From: a bacterium
GTDB lineage: Bacteria; Electryoneota; JAOADG01
NCBI GenBank assembly: GCA_963681965.1
Contig: OY820579.1
Span: forward strand, 1,024,001 to 1,088,000
DNA: 64,000 nt
Direction of reading: 5' to 3'
Within the stretch, counting starts at the first letter, position 1. Every line of letters begins with the position of its first letter. A model generated the notes under the pieces. That model saw only the letters and a list, made by a program, of their open reading frames with translations, was not told where the DNA came from and did not search any database. Below, piece after piece: positions 54,495-64,000 of this stretch. The position numbers and the translations under genes are program-made.

Positions 54495-57400
54495 TTACCA
54501 GTTCAGTCGGATATTGGCTGATGCGGTTCGTGCGATATAGATTTCGGTGTTGTGCAACGATTCTGAATAGATATAATTGAGACTAACTGCTACAGTCGAT
54601 CCGAAGCGATATTCGCACTCCACATCGCAAGATCGTTCGACCGAAGAAGTATGAAGTACTGCACCATATAAACTGCGAATGGAATAATCGAACCGATCGG
54701 AATACCCTGCAACGGTCAAGACTCCTGAGTACGTATCGTATTCGCGAATAGCCCAGTAATCAGTCGATGGTTGAATAAATCGAATCGACTCCCGACGTCC
54801 GCCAATTGTCAACCACGAAAATAGATCGACACCTAACTCGCCCCACATCTGATCGCGATGATTTTTATCCGATAGATCGCAATAGGAATAGTCACCTTCT
54901 ACCGATACGATACTTTTTGTGAGTTTTACGTGACTACCGGCAGTGCAGGCAACTAACTTGGATTTCAATGTTCGTAGACTGTCGGTTGAACCTACTTCGA
55001 AATAACCATCCCGCGCAGAACCGTAGATCGATAGTTTTAAAGAATTCAAACCGATCGATCGGGAGGTTTCAAAGGCAATTTCGGTCGATCCGTTGAATGC
55101 TGCACGATTGCGCCAACTGTACAAAGATACGGTAGAATAATTCCACAGATTGGAAACGATCTTTAGGTCTGTTGCAGCCGAGATAAATTTACCTTCTTCG
55201 ACTTTGGAGTTTTGCCTGATACTGTTTACACCGAATTCGATACGATATTTATGAATCATCGATAATCCGAGTTCGATCGACCCTTTATAGATACGCTCTC
55301 CAAGGTGCTCATTATTCTCGGTGAATTGGTTAGAAGATGTTGTCGATCGAATCGTCGATCCCTTGATATCGTGCAGCGCTTGAGTTGCCGGTAGATAATC
55401 GGGATATTGACGGAGGATATTGTTGTAGGCTGAAACCGCGCGCGCAATCTCGCCGTTTTGATAATACATTTCCGCAATATTAAGCAAACACTCGGTCGCA
55501 TCCGGTTTCAACGCGATAGCTTTTTCATATTCCATGATTGTCGCATCGTCGTTATCGAATTGGCTCATCGTCTCGGCATAGCGAAATCGATATTCGTAGT
55601 TTGTCGGGTAGGCTTCGACCATTTTCTTGTAGATCGCCAACGCTTGTTCGTATTGGTGATCCAACAAATAAACCGACGCAAGTGCCAGCGTTAAAGTAGG
55701 ATCGTTGGGTTTCATACTGAGACCAATCTGATACTGCTCGATGGCTCCGGCGTAATCTTCCTGACCGCAAAGAAAATTAGCCAATTGAAGACGCGCGTCG
55801 ATATTTTCCGGGTTATTCTCGAGATTCGTGCGTGTAGTATTGTATTCGTTGTATTGCCATCCGCGTTTTCGGCGTTCGAGTTGGTGAAGAGAATTGGCAG
55901 CAACCCCATCATCCGGATTCAATTTAACCAATCGACGATATGCCTGTTCAGCCTCTACGTATAGTTTAGCTTTTACCAGTCCTGCTGCAAGATCCGACAA
56001 TGCCGTAGTATCGTCAGGATCGTCTTTCAGCCGGTCTTCGGCATTCTTGATTAAGGGACCGAAATCCTCAGTCATATAACTCAAAATGAAGGGTACCCAT
56101 TTATTCGATGAATCGGCTTCCAGTATTTGATTGTAAATTTCTCGCGCTTCGCTATATCGACCTTGGAGACGAATCGATTCCCCGAGTCGAAGCAGCACAG
56201 TCTGATCTTCCGGATCAATTTCGTTCGCTTTCCGGTAGATTTTTTCGGCTAATTTGATATCATGCTGCGTTCGCAACAATGCTTCTGCGAGATCCAACTG
56301 GACATTAAGACTTTCCGGGTAAAGAGAGTTCATAAACAATAAATACTTTTCGGCAGCATTGAATTTCCCTGCCCAAAGCAGTGTGTGTACATAATCGCTT
56401 TGAGCTTGGTAGTCGTTCGGACGCTTCGCCAAATATTGTTCGTAAATTCGCGAAGCGATCACAACTGAATCGGGATACTGAGCCATTAATTGTGCGTAGT
56501 AAAGTAAAACTTCCGGATTATTGGGATCGTTTAAGTACTGCTGTCGTGTTTTAACAAATTCGGAAAAGATGCGGTCATTCCTTCGAACTTTCAACAGTGA
56601 ATCGAATTGAATGGCTTGTGGATCGAGCGATGTGTACGATAAACGAACCCGAACCAACGAATCGGCAAGATCGTCTTGATTCTGCTCAATCAATCGTTCG
56701 ACTAGCTCCATTCCGATTTTTCCGGTAGGATCGGCTTTTGCGCGAGTATATAAATCGAGTTCATGCATTCCGGGCGTTTGCAACAATCGATTGATCTTAG
56801 TATGTAATTCCGTTGGATTTTTTGCGAGTTTTGCGCCGTGACGATATGCTGCCAATGATTTAATATCGTTTCCACTCCAATGTTCGATATCGCCTAATAC
56901 ACTGTATACATCGGAATTCTTCGGGTCTTTAAAAATTAATTTTTGACACTCTCTTCGACCGGCATCGTATTGTTTTGTCCAGGAATAAAGGCGCGCTAGT
57001 TCCAATCGCGCTTGATCGTCGCGCTCGCGAACCGATAAATACAGTGAGTAGACTTCAATCGATCGCTGCAATTTATTGGTTGATGTTAAATATCGACCGT
57101 ATTCAATCAACATGTCCGGAGTAATAGTACCGTTGGTGATCGACGCTTCGTATTCACGCGCCTTAACTTCGTTGTAGTTAACCTTTTCTTGGGCTTTCTG
57201 AGCCGATTGCGGAAGTTTGATCTGAAGAAGTCGAGGATCTTTGGGTGTTTTCGATTTTATGAATTCTATATGTTCGGGTATTTCGTCGTAACGTCGGAGT
57301 TTCTGAAGCAATTCGATTAAAATCCAGCGAGTTTCAAGATCGTCTGGACATAAATTTAAATATTCTTTGTAATTAATGGCAGCTTCGAGTAACACACCTT

Positions 57401-57569
57401 GGTCGTGGAGTGTTTTCGCTTTAAAGAGAATTTTATCCGATTTGAGTGTTACTGCGTGAGTTACATTTACGATTTGGATGAAACCGCAGGCGTAAAACAA
57501 AATCACAATCAGTAGTCGTAGTCGGCGCAGAAGATCCCCACACTTCTTGAGTAAATCTAGGAAATACAT
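54495..57569 (-). CDS. TPR-rich protein with C-terminal outer-membrane beta-barrel (PgaA/PelB/BcsC-like architecture)
   Basis: N-terminal hydrophobic segment, many TPRs (e.g. ARLELARLYSW), then alternating beta-strands ending ASANIRLNW. Start uncertain. Confidence 0.72.
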   Translation of the reverse strand: MYFLDLLKKCGDLLRRLRLLIVILFYACGFIQIVNVTHAVTLKSDKILFKAKTLHDQGVLLEAAINYKEYLNLCPDDLETRWILIELLQKLRRYDEIPEHIEFIKSKTPKDPRLLQIKLPQSAQKAQEKVNYNEVKAREYEASITNGTITPDMLIEYGRYLTSTNKLQRSIEVYSLYLSVRERDDQARLELARLYSWTKQYDAGRRECQKLIFKDPKNSDVYSVLGDIEHWSGNDIKSLAAYRHGAKLAKNPTELHTKINRLLQTPGMHELDLYTRAKADPTGKIGMELVERLIEQNQDDLADSLVRVRLSYTSLDPQAIQFDSLLKVRRNDRIFSEFVKTRQQYLNDPNNPEVLLYYAQLMAQYPDSVVIASRIYEQYLAKRPNDYQAQSDYVHTLLWAGKFNAAEKYLLFMNSLYPESLNVQLDLAEALLRTQHDIKLAEKIYRKANEIDPEDQTVLLRLGESIRLQGRYSEAREIYNQILEADSSNKWVPFILSYMTEDFGPLIKNAEDRLKDDPDDTTALSDLAAGLVKAKLYVEAEQAYRRLVKLNPDDGVAANSLHQLERRKRGWQYNEYNTTRTNLENNPENIDARLQLANFLCGQEDYAGAIEQYQIGLSMKPNDPTLTLALASVYLLDHQYEQALAIYKKMVEAYPTNYEYRFRYAETMSQFDNDDATIMEYEKAIALKPDATECLLNIAEMYYQNGEIARAVSAYNNILRQYPDYLPATQALHDIKGSTIRSTTSSNQFTENNEHLGERIYKGSIELGLSMIHKYRIEFGVNSIRQNSKVEEGKFISAATDLKIVSNLWNYSTVSLYSWRNRAAFNGSTEIAFETSRSIGLNSLKLSIYGSARDGYFEVGSTDSLRTLKSKLVACTAGSHVKLTKSIVSVEGDYSYCDLSDKNHRDQMWGELGVDLFSWLTIGGRRESIRFIQPSTDYWAIREYDTYSGVLTVAGYSDRFDYSIRSLYGAVLHTSSVERSCDVECEYRFGSTVAVSLNYIYSESLHNTEIYIARTASANIRLNW

Positions 57570-57848
57570 TGGTAGTTTAAATATACCGGATAATATCCAT
57601 CGCAATCCTAATGATACATTTTCAAACAGTATTTTTCAAACAATTTCCTCCGGAAATGAGAGCTGTCGATCGGTCCAAAAGATCGCGAAGGTCGCTAAGA
57701 TAACCGAAAGAACTCGACAGACGATTATATCAATAGAAAATTGCTTTCAAGTAACTGCTGTTATTATATCTATATGATTAAATAATAATTATTTGTAATT
57801 AGGTGCTGTAATGTAACGATAGTCGCCAGATCGCTATCGTATATTGCG

Positions 57849-60800
57849 ATGATGACGACGATGCGATTCAAAACGAAGATCGGATTGACCCGAGGAATCA
57901 TCAACCGTGCTTGGTTCAGTTGGTTGTTCCTACTCGCGATTGTCGGAATTACCCACATTGCCCGTGCTTCTGACCTATTCGATGTTTCCGAACGCGCCCT
58001 CATTAATGGAATTGGACGTCCACTCCCGGTTGGAGAGTTGATTAATCTTAAGCGCTCTCCGATAGTACTGCCGAATCCACCACAAATAGAAGCAGGAAAA
58101 TTAGTTTTTGCCGATCCAGCACAACGAATCGCTCTTCGGTGGCGGGTCGAACTCGATGAAAATCTTTCGATCATATTGAAACGAGCGACTCAAGAGGCGA
58201 TCGCAATCGAGAACCAATCGAAAGCGAGTGATTTAGCACACTCGGCTTTGTTACTTGCACTCACCTCGATCGCATATAGCGATTCAATAGCTGCCAATGA
58301 AGCATGGACTCGATTGCAATCGCTTCCACCCGTTCCTAAAAGTGGAGGACCTTCCGAGAACGACTCCGGACAACCGTGGGGCGATTTGCTGGATGGATCG
58401 TCGGCGTTGGCAAATGCAGCATTGGCATTCGATATCCTCCGCGACCGAAGACCATCACTCGAACAAGTCGCATTTTCCCGAACAATAGTTGCAGGTGCCG
58501 AGCGGATTCGAAATGGTATTGAATTTATCGGACCGAATAATCACGCATCGTCTACGGGAGCCAATCTAGCCGTAGCGCTTTGCGCAATATCGACCGAGGA
58601 GTGGAAAAATTATCCCGGAAAGCGTTTGCAATTATGGCGTATCGCCGAACGCCTGCTGCAAATCGGTTTGGCTCAAATAGGATCCGACGGGGTTTATCGC
58701 GAAGGTCCTGGATATGCGCAACTGGTATTACGGGATCTTTCCCGTCTATCGTTGATCCTTCAAAGCAAGGGGCTGGGTAATCTGCTCGCAGAAGCTCCAC
58801 TTCGTAGATTTGCTAAAGTGACTGCACAATTGTCGGGCAATCGAGGTGAACCACTACCCTTTGACGATTCGAATCCGATCGGTGGAAATCTGTGGCAGCA
58901 GGTTGCGCAATTACTACCGAACGAAACAGAAATATCTCAGTATGCTCGCGCACCGGTTACTCTAGCGAATTCGGATGCATTGCTCGAAATAGCGCGTTAT
59001 ACTTCACCTCCTAACTCGGTAAAATTGCTCAATCGATCAACTGCGGCGTTATATCGTGACGGTGGAATGGCGCTTCTCCGGCATGCCGGATCATCACCTT
59101 GGTTATTCGTGGTGGCTGGTGAACCGCAAAATCGCTGGACAGGACGGCATGAACAGATTGATCCCGGTAACATCGTCTGTCAGGTTGGATCGAGTAATCT
59201 GATAACATCCGGAGGTTACGGTCCGGGTGGGGTGAATGATCGGGATCGCGCTTATTGGATGTCGGGGAACGCACAAAGCGGATTTCTGGTCGATGGCGAC
59301 CCGCTTCACCTATCGATCGATGATAATCCCGATGAGTGTTCTCCTACATGGGATGGAGTCGTATGGAATGCCAGTGAATTGTATGCGCGTGCAACTTGGA
59401 TGCAGAGTGGAGTGAGAATTTCGCGGTCGGTAATCAGTGTTGGTGAGCGCGTAATTCTATTCGATCGAATATTTTTCAATCCCGGTATTGCTAGCAAGCA
59501 TATCGAAGCGCAATTCCAATTGCAGGGAAGGGTTGAGACGATTCAGTCGGGTAAATGGCGGGTCATTGGATCAAATGGTCGGGATACTCTCCAACTATCT
59601 TCATTCCCCGAGACTTTTGGCGAGCAATTTCGGGGAAAAGCTTCACGTGATGTATTCGGAACTGAACCGATTGTATCGCTTCGATTACCCATCCAATCGT
59701 TTCGCGCAACAATTCTAACACCCGGTGAGACCCATACTCGATCACTGATTTCAGTGAAAACCGATTCATCCGATAAACTTCAGTGGGAAGATTCGGATGG
59801 AACCAATTGGTCTTTACATTTGATCTATACTTTCGGAAAACAGAAAATTGAAATCTCGGGTCGGCATCCCGATGGAAGCGAACAACATTTCATGGAGTTG
59901 ATTGAGAGTGATTCGTCGCCAACTCGACAATTGCATCTTCGCGATATGTTTGGTGAAGCGTTGTACCCGGTACCCGCTTCACTTGATTCTAGGGGAGTGT
60001 TGGCTGATTCGGTAGAATTATTGACCTATCGATCAGTCCCCGTATCATCAGATAATCGTGCGGATTCTTTATCGCATCATTATCTCCCAACCGACGATCG
60101 AGATGGTTGGTTCGTTGTTGGTTCACCTCGGTTTCATCTGCAGGAAACACTTTCACCACCGCTTCAATCGCGACTCGAGCGATTAACAACGACCCCTTCC
60201 CATGAATCGATGTCTCGTCGGCTAGCGACGTGGAATCGCGAAGACCGCGCTGCGCTCGAAGCCGAAATCGCCGATTCGCTTGCGAATAATCTAAGCCGCG
60301 GTGTCGATTCACTCGGAATCGGACGTCCGCTATCGATCGCAATAGCAGCGATTGATGCGACAACCGACGGATTTGCACCGGGTAAATTTAGAATTCCATT
60401 TGATCTCGATGAAACGATCACTGGTTTCAATCAATCGGATGCTCGAATCCGCGCCAAAGGGCGATGGGGGAGTGGGCTATCACTCGATCGATTGCGGTTC
60501 GATCAAGCGAGTGATCAATCTGATTGGGCAATCGAGCGATCTGCCCCTTTTATGGGATATGAACGATATCGTGTTGAGTGGAATAATCGAATCTGGTCAA
60601 TTCGAGGAAATCATTCCGATGGTGTTCAATCAGATCTTGCTGCCGATTATCGCGATTCTACCTGGACTATTGGTTCGACACTGCAACGAACACGAGATGA
60701 TCATTATGCGCTGCAATCGATTGGTTCCGGGCGTGTATGGGCGTATGCTGGACGAGGATCCGATTCGTTAATAAATCTGCAGGGTCAAATTAGGCTCGCA

Positions 60801-61589
60801 AATCGATTAGGAACATCTTCATTCGGTGGAGCGGTTTCACATCGGACTCAGCAAAATTCTGCTTCTGCCGATGGATGGTGCGACATCGCAATTAACCAGA
60901 ATACTCGAATTTGGTATCTGGAAAATGGGATCGAAGTGAAGGGTCGCACGATCAGGATAGTTCGAAATTTATCCCCACTGAATTACTGGTCAGTGCAATA
61001 TCGATCATTTGATTTTCAGACCGGTGATTTTTGGATGAGGGGTGGGTTGCCTGCAGCGACTCCATTGTTAGACCCCGATGCATTTCAATTATCTGCGCAG
61101 TGGCAAGAAAAAAGTAATCCTTGGATTCAAGCAATGCGCGTTCAACTTGCCAATAAAAAACATGGAATCTGGTCGTTCTTCACCGAAAAATCGGTTCATC
61201 GGATTTGGGGTAGCGAATGGCGAAACAAGCTGTTTGGAATAATGATTTCAAGTCGTTTGGCAGCGACTGATCGGATCGACCGCGGAAACCTATCGCTCGG
61301 ATACATTCAAAATAGATTTTCCGGATTATGGGAAGGATATCGAGATCCTGAAATTGGTGGTACTACACTCTCAATCGGGTACTTTTCTGAAAGTGGATCT
61401 TATTGGCGTATTTCTTCTGGGTGGGAACAACCGACAAATTGTTGGTTTCAAACACCTGCAAGAGGAGTGACATACGGCACAATTGAGTGTCAAAACAATA
61501 AGTCATCGTTTTATTCTCAAAGACTTGTATGGAGAATTGGTCAGGATTTAGACAAATCTGCCGAAGGAGGAATTACCTTACGCTGGTGA
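57849..61589 (+). CDS. Heparinase II/III-like polysaccharide lyase fused to a predicted C-terminal beta-barrel
   Basis: Signal peptide; alpha-toroid motifs (ALAFDIL, NNH, DGVYREGPGY, PFDDS); Hepar_II_III-like region (GGMALLR, HEQID, SGGYG); beta-rich C-terminus ending GGITLRW. Confidence 0.65.
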   Translation: MMTTMRFKTKIGLTRGIINRAWFSWLFLLAIVGITHIARASDLFDVSERALINGIGRPLPVGELINLKRSPIVLPNPPQIEAGKLVFADPAQRIALRWRVELDENLSIILKRATQEAIAIENQSKASDLAHSALLLALTSIAYSDSIAANEAWTRLQSLPPVPKSGGPSENDSGQPWGDLLDGSSALANAALAFDILRDRRPSLEQVAFSRTIVAGAERIRNGIEFIGPNNHASSTGANLAVALCAISTEEWKNYPGKRLQLWRIAERLLQIGLAQIGSDGVYREGPGYAQLVLRDLSRLSLILQSKGLGNLLAEAPLRRFAKVTAQLSGNRGEPLPFDDSNPIGGNLWQQVAQLLPNETEISQYARAPVTLANSDALLEIARYTSPPNSVKLLNRSTAALYRDGGMALLRHAGSSPWLFVVAGEPQNRWTGRHEQIDPGNIVCQVGSSNLITSGGYGPGGVNDRDRAYWMSGNAQSGFLVDGDPLHLSIDDNPDECSPTWDGVVWNASELYARATWMQSGVRISRSVISVGERVILFDRIFFNPGIASKHIEAQFQLQGRVETIQSGKWRVIGSNGRDTLQLSSFPETFGEQFRGKASRDVFGTEPIVSLRLPIQSFRATILTPGETHTRSLISVKTDSSDKLQWEDSDGTNWSLHLIYTFGKQKIEISGRHPDGSEQHFMELIESDSSPTRQLHLRDMFGEALYPVPASLDSRGVLADSVELLTYRSVPVSSDNRADSLSHHYLPTDDRDGWFVVGSPRFHLQETLSPPLQSRLERLTTTPSHESMSRRLATWNREDRAALEAEIADSLANNLSRGVDSLGIGRPLSIAIAAIDATTDGFAPGKFRIPFDLDETITGFNQSDARIRAKGRWGSGLSLDRLRFDQASDQSDWAIERSAPFMGYERYRVEWNNRIWSIRGNHSDGVQSDLAADYRDSTWTIGSTLQRTRDDHYALQSIGSGRVWAYAGRGSDSLINLQGQIRLANRLGTSSFGGAVSHRTQQNSASADGWCDIAINQNTRIWYLENGIEVKGRTIRIVRNLSPLNYWSVQYRSFDFQTGDFWMRGGLPAATPLLDPDAFQLSAQWQEKSNPWIQAMRVQLANKKHGIWSFFTEKSVHRIWGSEWRNKLFGIMISSRLAATDRIDRGNLSLGYIQNRFSGLWEGYRDPEIGGTTLSIGYFSESGSYWRISSGWEQPTNCWFQTPARGVTYGTIECQNNKSSFYSQRLVWRIGQDLDKSAEGGITLRW

Positions 61590-61683
61590 CTCAACATCGT
61601 CCATCTTTATTCGATATATTATGAATAGATTCACCTTCCTCGCTTTTGAACAAATCAATGGTTACACATTTTGGAGCTTTCCC

Positions 61684-63753
61684 ATGATGAAATGGTATTC
61701 AATAATCATTCTCTTCTTCACAATCGCTACACTTGCAGTTGCTCAACCGATTTGGGAACCGACCAACGGTCCGTACGGGGGGGATATCAATGCAATAACA
61801 AGAGCTGAAGATGGTCGTCTCTTCGCCGGTACTTTTCTCGGTGGGTTGTATCTGTCGAATGATTCCGGATTGACTTGGTCGTATCAGAATTTTCGAGGAG
61901 AACCGATCAATGCATTGGCGATTTCGTTCGATGCCCAAGTCTTAGTTGGAACCCAATCACACGGTTTGCTCTACCAGCCCAACGGTCGAGAATGGGTAAA
62001 CATGATCGGCTCTTTGACCTACCAGAATGTCAGTGGAATTGCCGTCAATCAGGATAACGGTACGATTTACATCCTCGCTGGCGACCAGTACATGATTTCT
62101 TTCTCGGTTTATCAATCGACGGATTTCGGGGTGACATGGACTGCAATATCTCAGGGTCTGTCCAATGCATATTATTTTCAGGGACTCAGTATTGCTCCTA
62201 ACGGCGACCTGTATGGTGGTGGATTCGGTGAAATCTACCGACGCGCGAATAATGGCAGTACTTGGACGACTCAACGCTTAACACCGGCATCGGCTACAAT
62301 TGATTGTTTCGCATTTCAGGGCACTTCGATTTATGCCGGTGGTACCAGAGTATTTGCATCAACTAACAATGGCACCTCTTGGGTAGAGCGCGACACGATC
62401 ACTGGACGACCGATGGTGTACGCTTTGTCGGTAACACCATCGAACGAATTGTATGCCGCAACCAATCGTGGAGTGCATCGAAAACTCGCCACAACTGGTT
62501 GGAGCGGATCGCTAACCGATCACGGATTCTATGCACTCTATGCGCAAAATGCGGGCTGGATGGTTGCTGGAAGCCGAGCTGATGGTATCTTTCGTTCGAT
62601 CAACGGAAACACTTGGACAATGTCTCCCGGAATAACCGCAAATTCACCATTTACGATCGAATATCGAGGAACAAACGGATTGTATTTAGGAGCGACCAAT
62701 GGTGTGTTCCGATCGACCAACGATGGTGGTTCGTGGGCGCGAATTAGTTCACCGACGAAGGATATAAACTGCTTTGATGCTGCGGGAAGCGGTACACTGT
62801 ATGCCGGCTTTTCTTATGATGGGCTTTATCAATCTGCCGATAATGGCACGAGTTGGACTCGCGCAGGATTGGTCGATAGTAATCTGACCTTCGTCGTTAC
62901 TGCTCCGATGGGGAATCTGTATGCATCAACCGGGCGTACAATTTTGCGTTCATCCAACGGCGGAACATCTTGGACCACCTTTACCAATACAGTCTCTAGT
63001 GTTTACACCATTTACGTTGTACCGTCGTTGATTCCCGAATCGTGGGGATTGTTGATTGGAACAAATGCCGGTATCTATAGCTGTTTGGAAGATGGGCGGA
63101 ATTGGGCTTTCTCCGGCTTGCAAACGGTGGCAGCATATCAAATTACGATGAATGGTGAAATGAATTTATTCGCTGCCACATCTCAAGGTGTTTTTCGATC
63201 GACTAATGGCGGTCAGAGTTGGAGTCAGACACCATTTCACCAGGCATCGACAAGAATTGTCGGTACGCAAGAAGGAGTACTCTTCTTTAATAGTGACTCT
63301 GGCGTCTACCGCTCGGCAGATAACTGCGCGACTTGGTCACTGATGAATCAGGGATTGAGTTCGCATGGAATTTCTACGATGTGTATCACTCCGACGGGAA
63401 GATTATTTGCAGGAATCATCGGTGAACCGGTCTATCGTACCCAAGGATCGGCTGTTGGTGTTCCGGAACCTGCTCTTACAGAATTACCAACTCGCGCAAT
63501 TCTCCGTCCGAATTATCCCAATCCATTTAACTCGACAACAATGATTTCTTACGATCTACCGCAAGCGAGCATTACTCAGTTGGAAATATTCAACGCGAAC
63601 GGTCAGTTGGTGACGACGCTTCATGCCGGAATGCAAACCGCTGGCACACATGAGATTGCGTGGCACGCGACCAATCTCTCTAGTGGGATTTATTGGTCGA
63701 AATTGACGGTAGGAAGCAACAGCTATTCACGGAAAGTATTATTATTAAAGTAG
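61684..63753 (+). CDS. BNR/Asp-box beta-propeller protein with T9SS (Por) C-terminal sorting domain
   Basis: Signal peptide; repeated S-x-D/N-x-G-x-T/S-W; C-terminal NYPNPFNSTTMISYDLP...IFNANGQLV...SSGIY...KVLLLK. Start taken at the ATG at 61684. Confidence 0.88.
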   Translation: MMKWYSIIILFFTIATLAVAQPIWEPTNGPYGGDINAITRAEDGRLFAGTFLGGLYLSNDSGLTWSYQNFRGEPINALAISFDAQVLVGTQSHGLLYQPNGREWVNMIGSLTYQNVSGIAVNQDNGTIYILAGDQYMISFSVYQSTDFGVTWTAISQGLSNAYYFQGLSIAPNGDLYGGGFGEIYRRANNGSTWTTQRLTPASATIDCFAFQGTSIYAGGTRVFASTNNGTSWVERDTITGRPMVYALSVTPSNELYAATNRGVHRKLATTGWSGSLTDHGFYALYAQNAGWMVAGSRADGIFRSINGNTWTMSPGITANSPFTIEYRGTNGLYLGATNGVFRSTNDGGSWARISSPTKDINCFDAAGSGTLYAGFSYDGLYQSADNGTSWTRAGLVDSNLTFVVTAPMGNLYASTGRTILRSSNGGTSWTTFTNTVSSVYTIYVVPSLIPESWGLLIGTNAGIYSCLEDGRNWAFSGLQTVAAYQITMNGEMNLFAATSQGVFRSTNGGQSWSQTPFHQASTRIVGTQEGVLFFNSDSGVYRSADNCATWSLMNQGLSSHGISTMCITPTGRLFAGIIGEPVYRTQGSAVGVPEPALTELPTRAILRPNYPNPFNSTTMISYDLPQASITQLEIFNANGQLVTTLHAGMQTAGTHEIAWHATNLSSGIYWSKLTVGSNSYSRKVLLLK

Positions 63754-63830
63754 TAATCACTTTAAAAAATATCTTGCGATTGAACCCCGAGTGTTCTATA
63801 GTGGTTCTTGAATATTAGTTGTTATCGGTA

Positions 63831-63877
63831 GTAGGGGCGGATCCCCGCATCCGCCCGCAGGTCAGGCGAAGCCTGAC
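63831..63877 (+). repeat. GTAG-type REP-like palindrome plus an adjacent hairpin
   Basis: GTAG-GGGCGGAT-CCCCGC-ATCCGCCC (63831-63856), followed by GTCAGGC-GAA-GCCTGAC (63861-63877). Confidence 0.6.
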
Positions 63878-63921
63878 ACCAAATCGTGTCAAATTATTTT
63901 CATGAGTTTCATCTCGCAGGG

Positions 63922-63945
63922 GTAGTGTCGATCTCCGAATCGGCG
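63922..63945 (+). repeat. Second GTAG-type REP-like palindrome
   Basis: GTAG-T-GTCGAT-CTCCGA-ATCGGC forms an imperfect hairpin after a GTAG guide tetranucleotide. Confidence 0.4.
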
Positions 63946-64000
63946 ATTTTCCCTTTTCCCTAGCTTGAAAATCGATACTTTAATAACAGCGATCTTCAGA

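Noticed and set aside
57547-58174. ORFs 57547-57777 (+) and 57770-58174 (-)
   Set aside because: They overlap the divergent promoter region and the real gene starts, and show no family features.

Overview
Bacterial genomic window, probably from an FCB-group lineage (inferred from a T9SS-type C-terminal sorting tail and several proteins with outer-membrane beta-barrel ends). (1) 1-22.1 kb is a mostly minus-strand molybdenum-cofactor and anaerobic purine catabolism cluster: xdhA/xdhB, a fused PreT-PreA-like reductase, ssnA, ygeY, a threonine-synthase-like enzyme, a hydantoinase, a second Mo-hydroxylase with its 2Fe-2S subunit, ygeW, a cysteine-synthase-like enzyme, mocA, xdhC, moaA, moaC-mogA, moeA and a MOSC protein. 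It is preceded by a promoter and a structured 5' leader that is a riboswitch candidate. (2) 22.6-28.6 kb holds a lipoprotein-type sensor kinase, a NarL-family regulator, an AgmX/TonB-C-like protein and a YfbK-like vWA lipoprotein. (3) 28.9-45.1 kb holds a giant secreted Ig-repeat protein, a cyclase-STAND-TPR protein and a pseudokinase-STAND-TPR-GAF-sigma54 activator. Downstream of the activator are an enhancer-like site, an IHF-like site and a sigma54 promoter in front of a small secreted protein, an orphan ORF and an intact but DDE-less IS1634-transposase-derived ORF; this is the best candidate for an undescribed system. (4) 45.5-48.8 kb is a rearranged stressosome operon. (5) 48.9-64 kb holds a secreted M16C peptidase, a polysaccharide deacetylase, a TPR/beta-barrel protein, a heparinase-like/beta-barrel fusion, a T9SS beta-propeller cargo and GTAG-type REP hairpins. 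No rRNA, tRNA or CRISPR array was seen. All calls come from motif recognition by eye; no searches were run.
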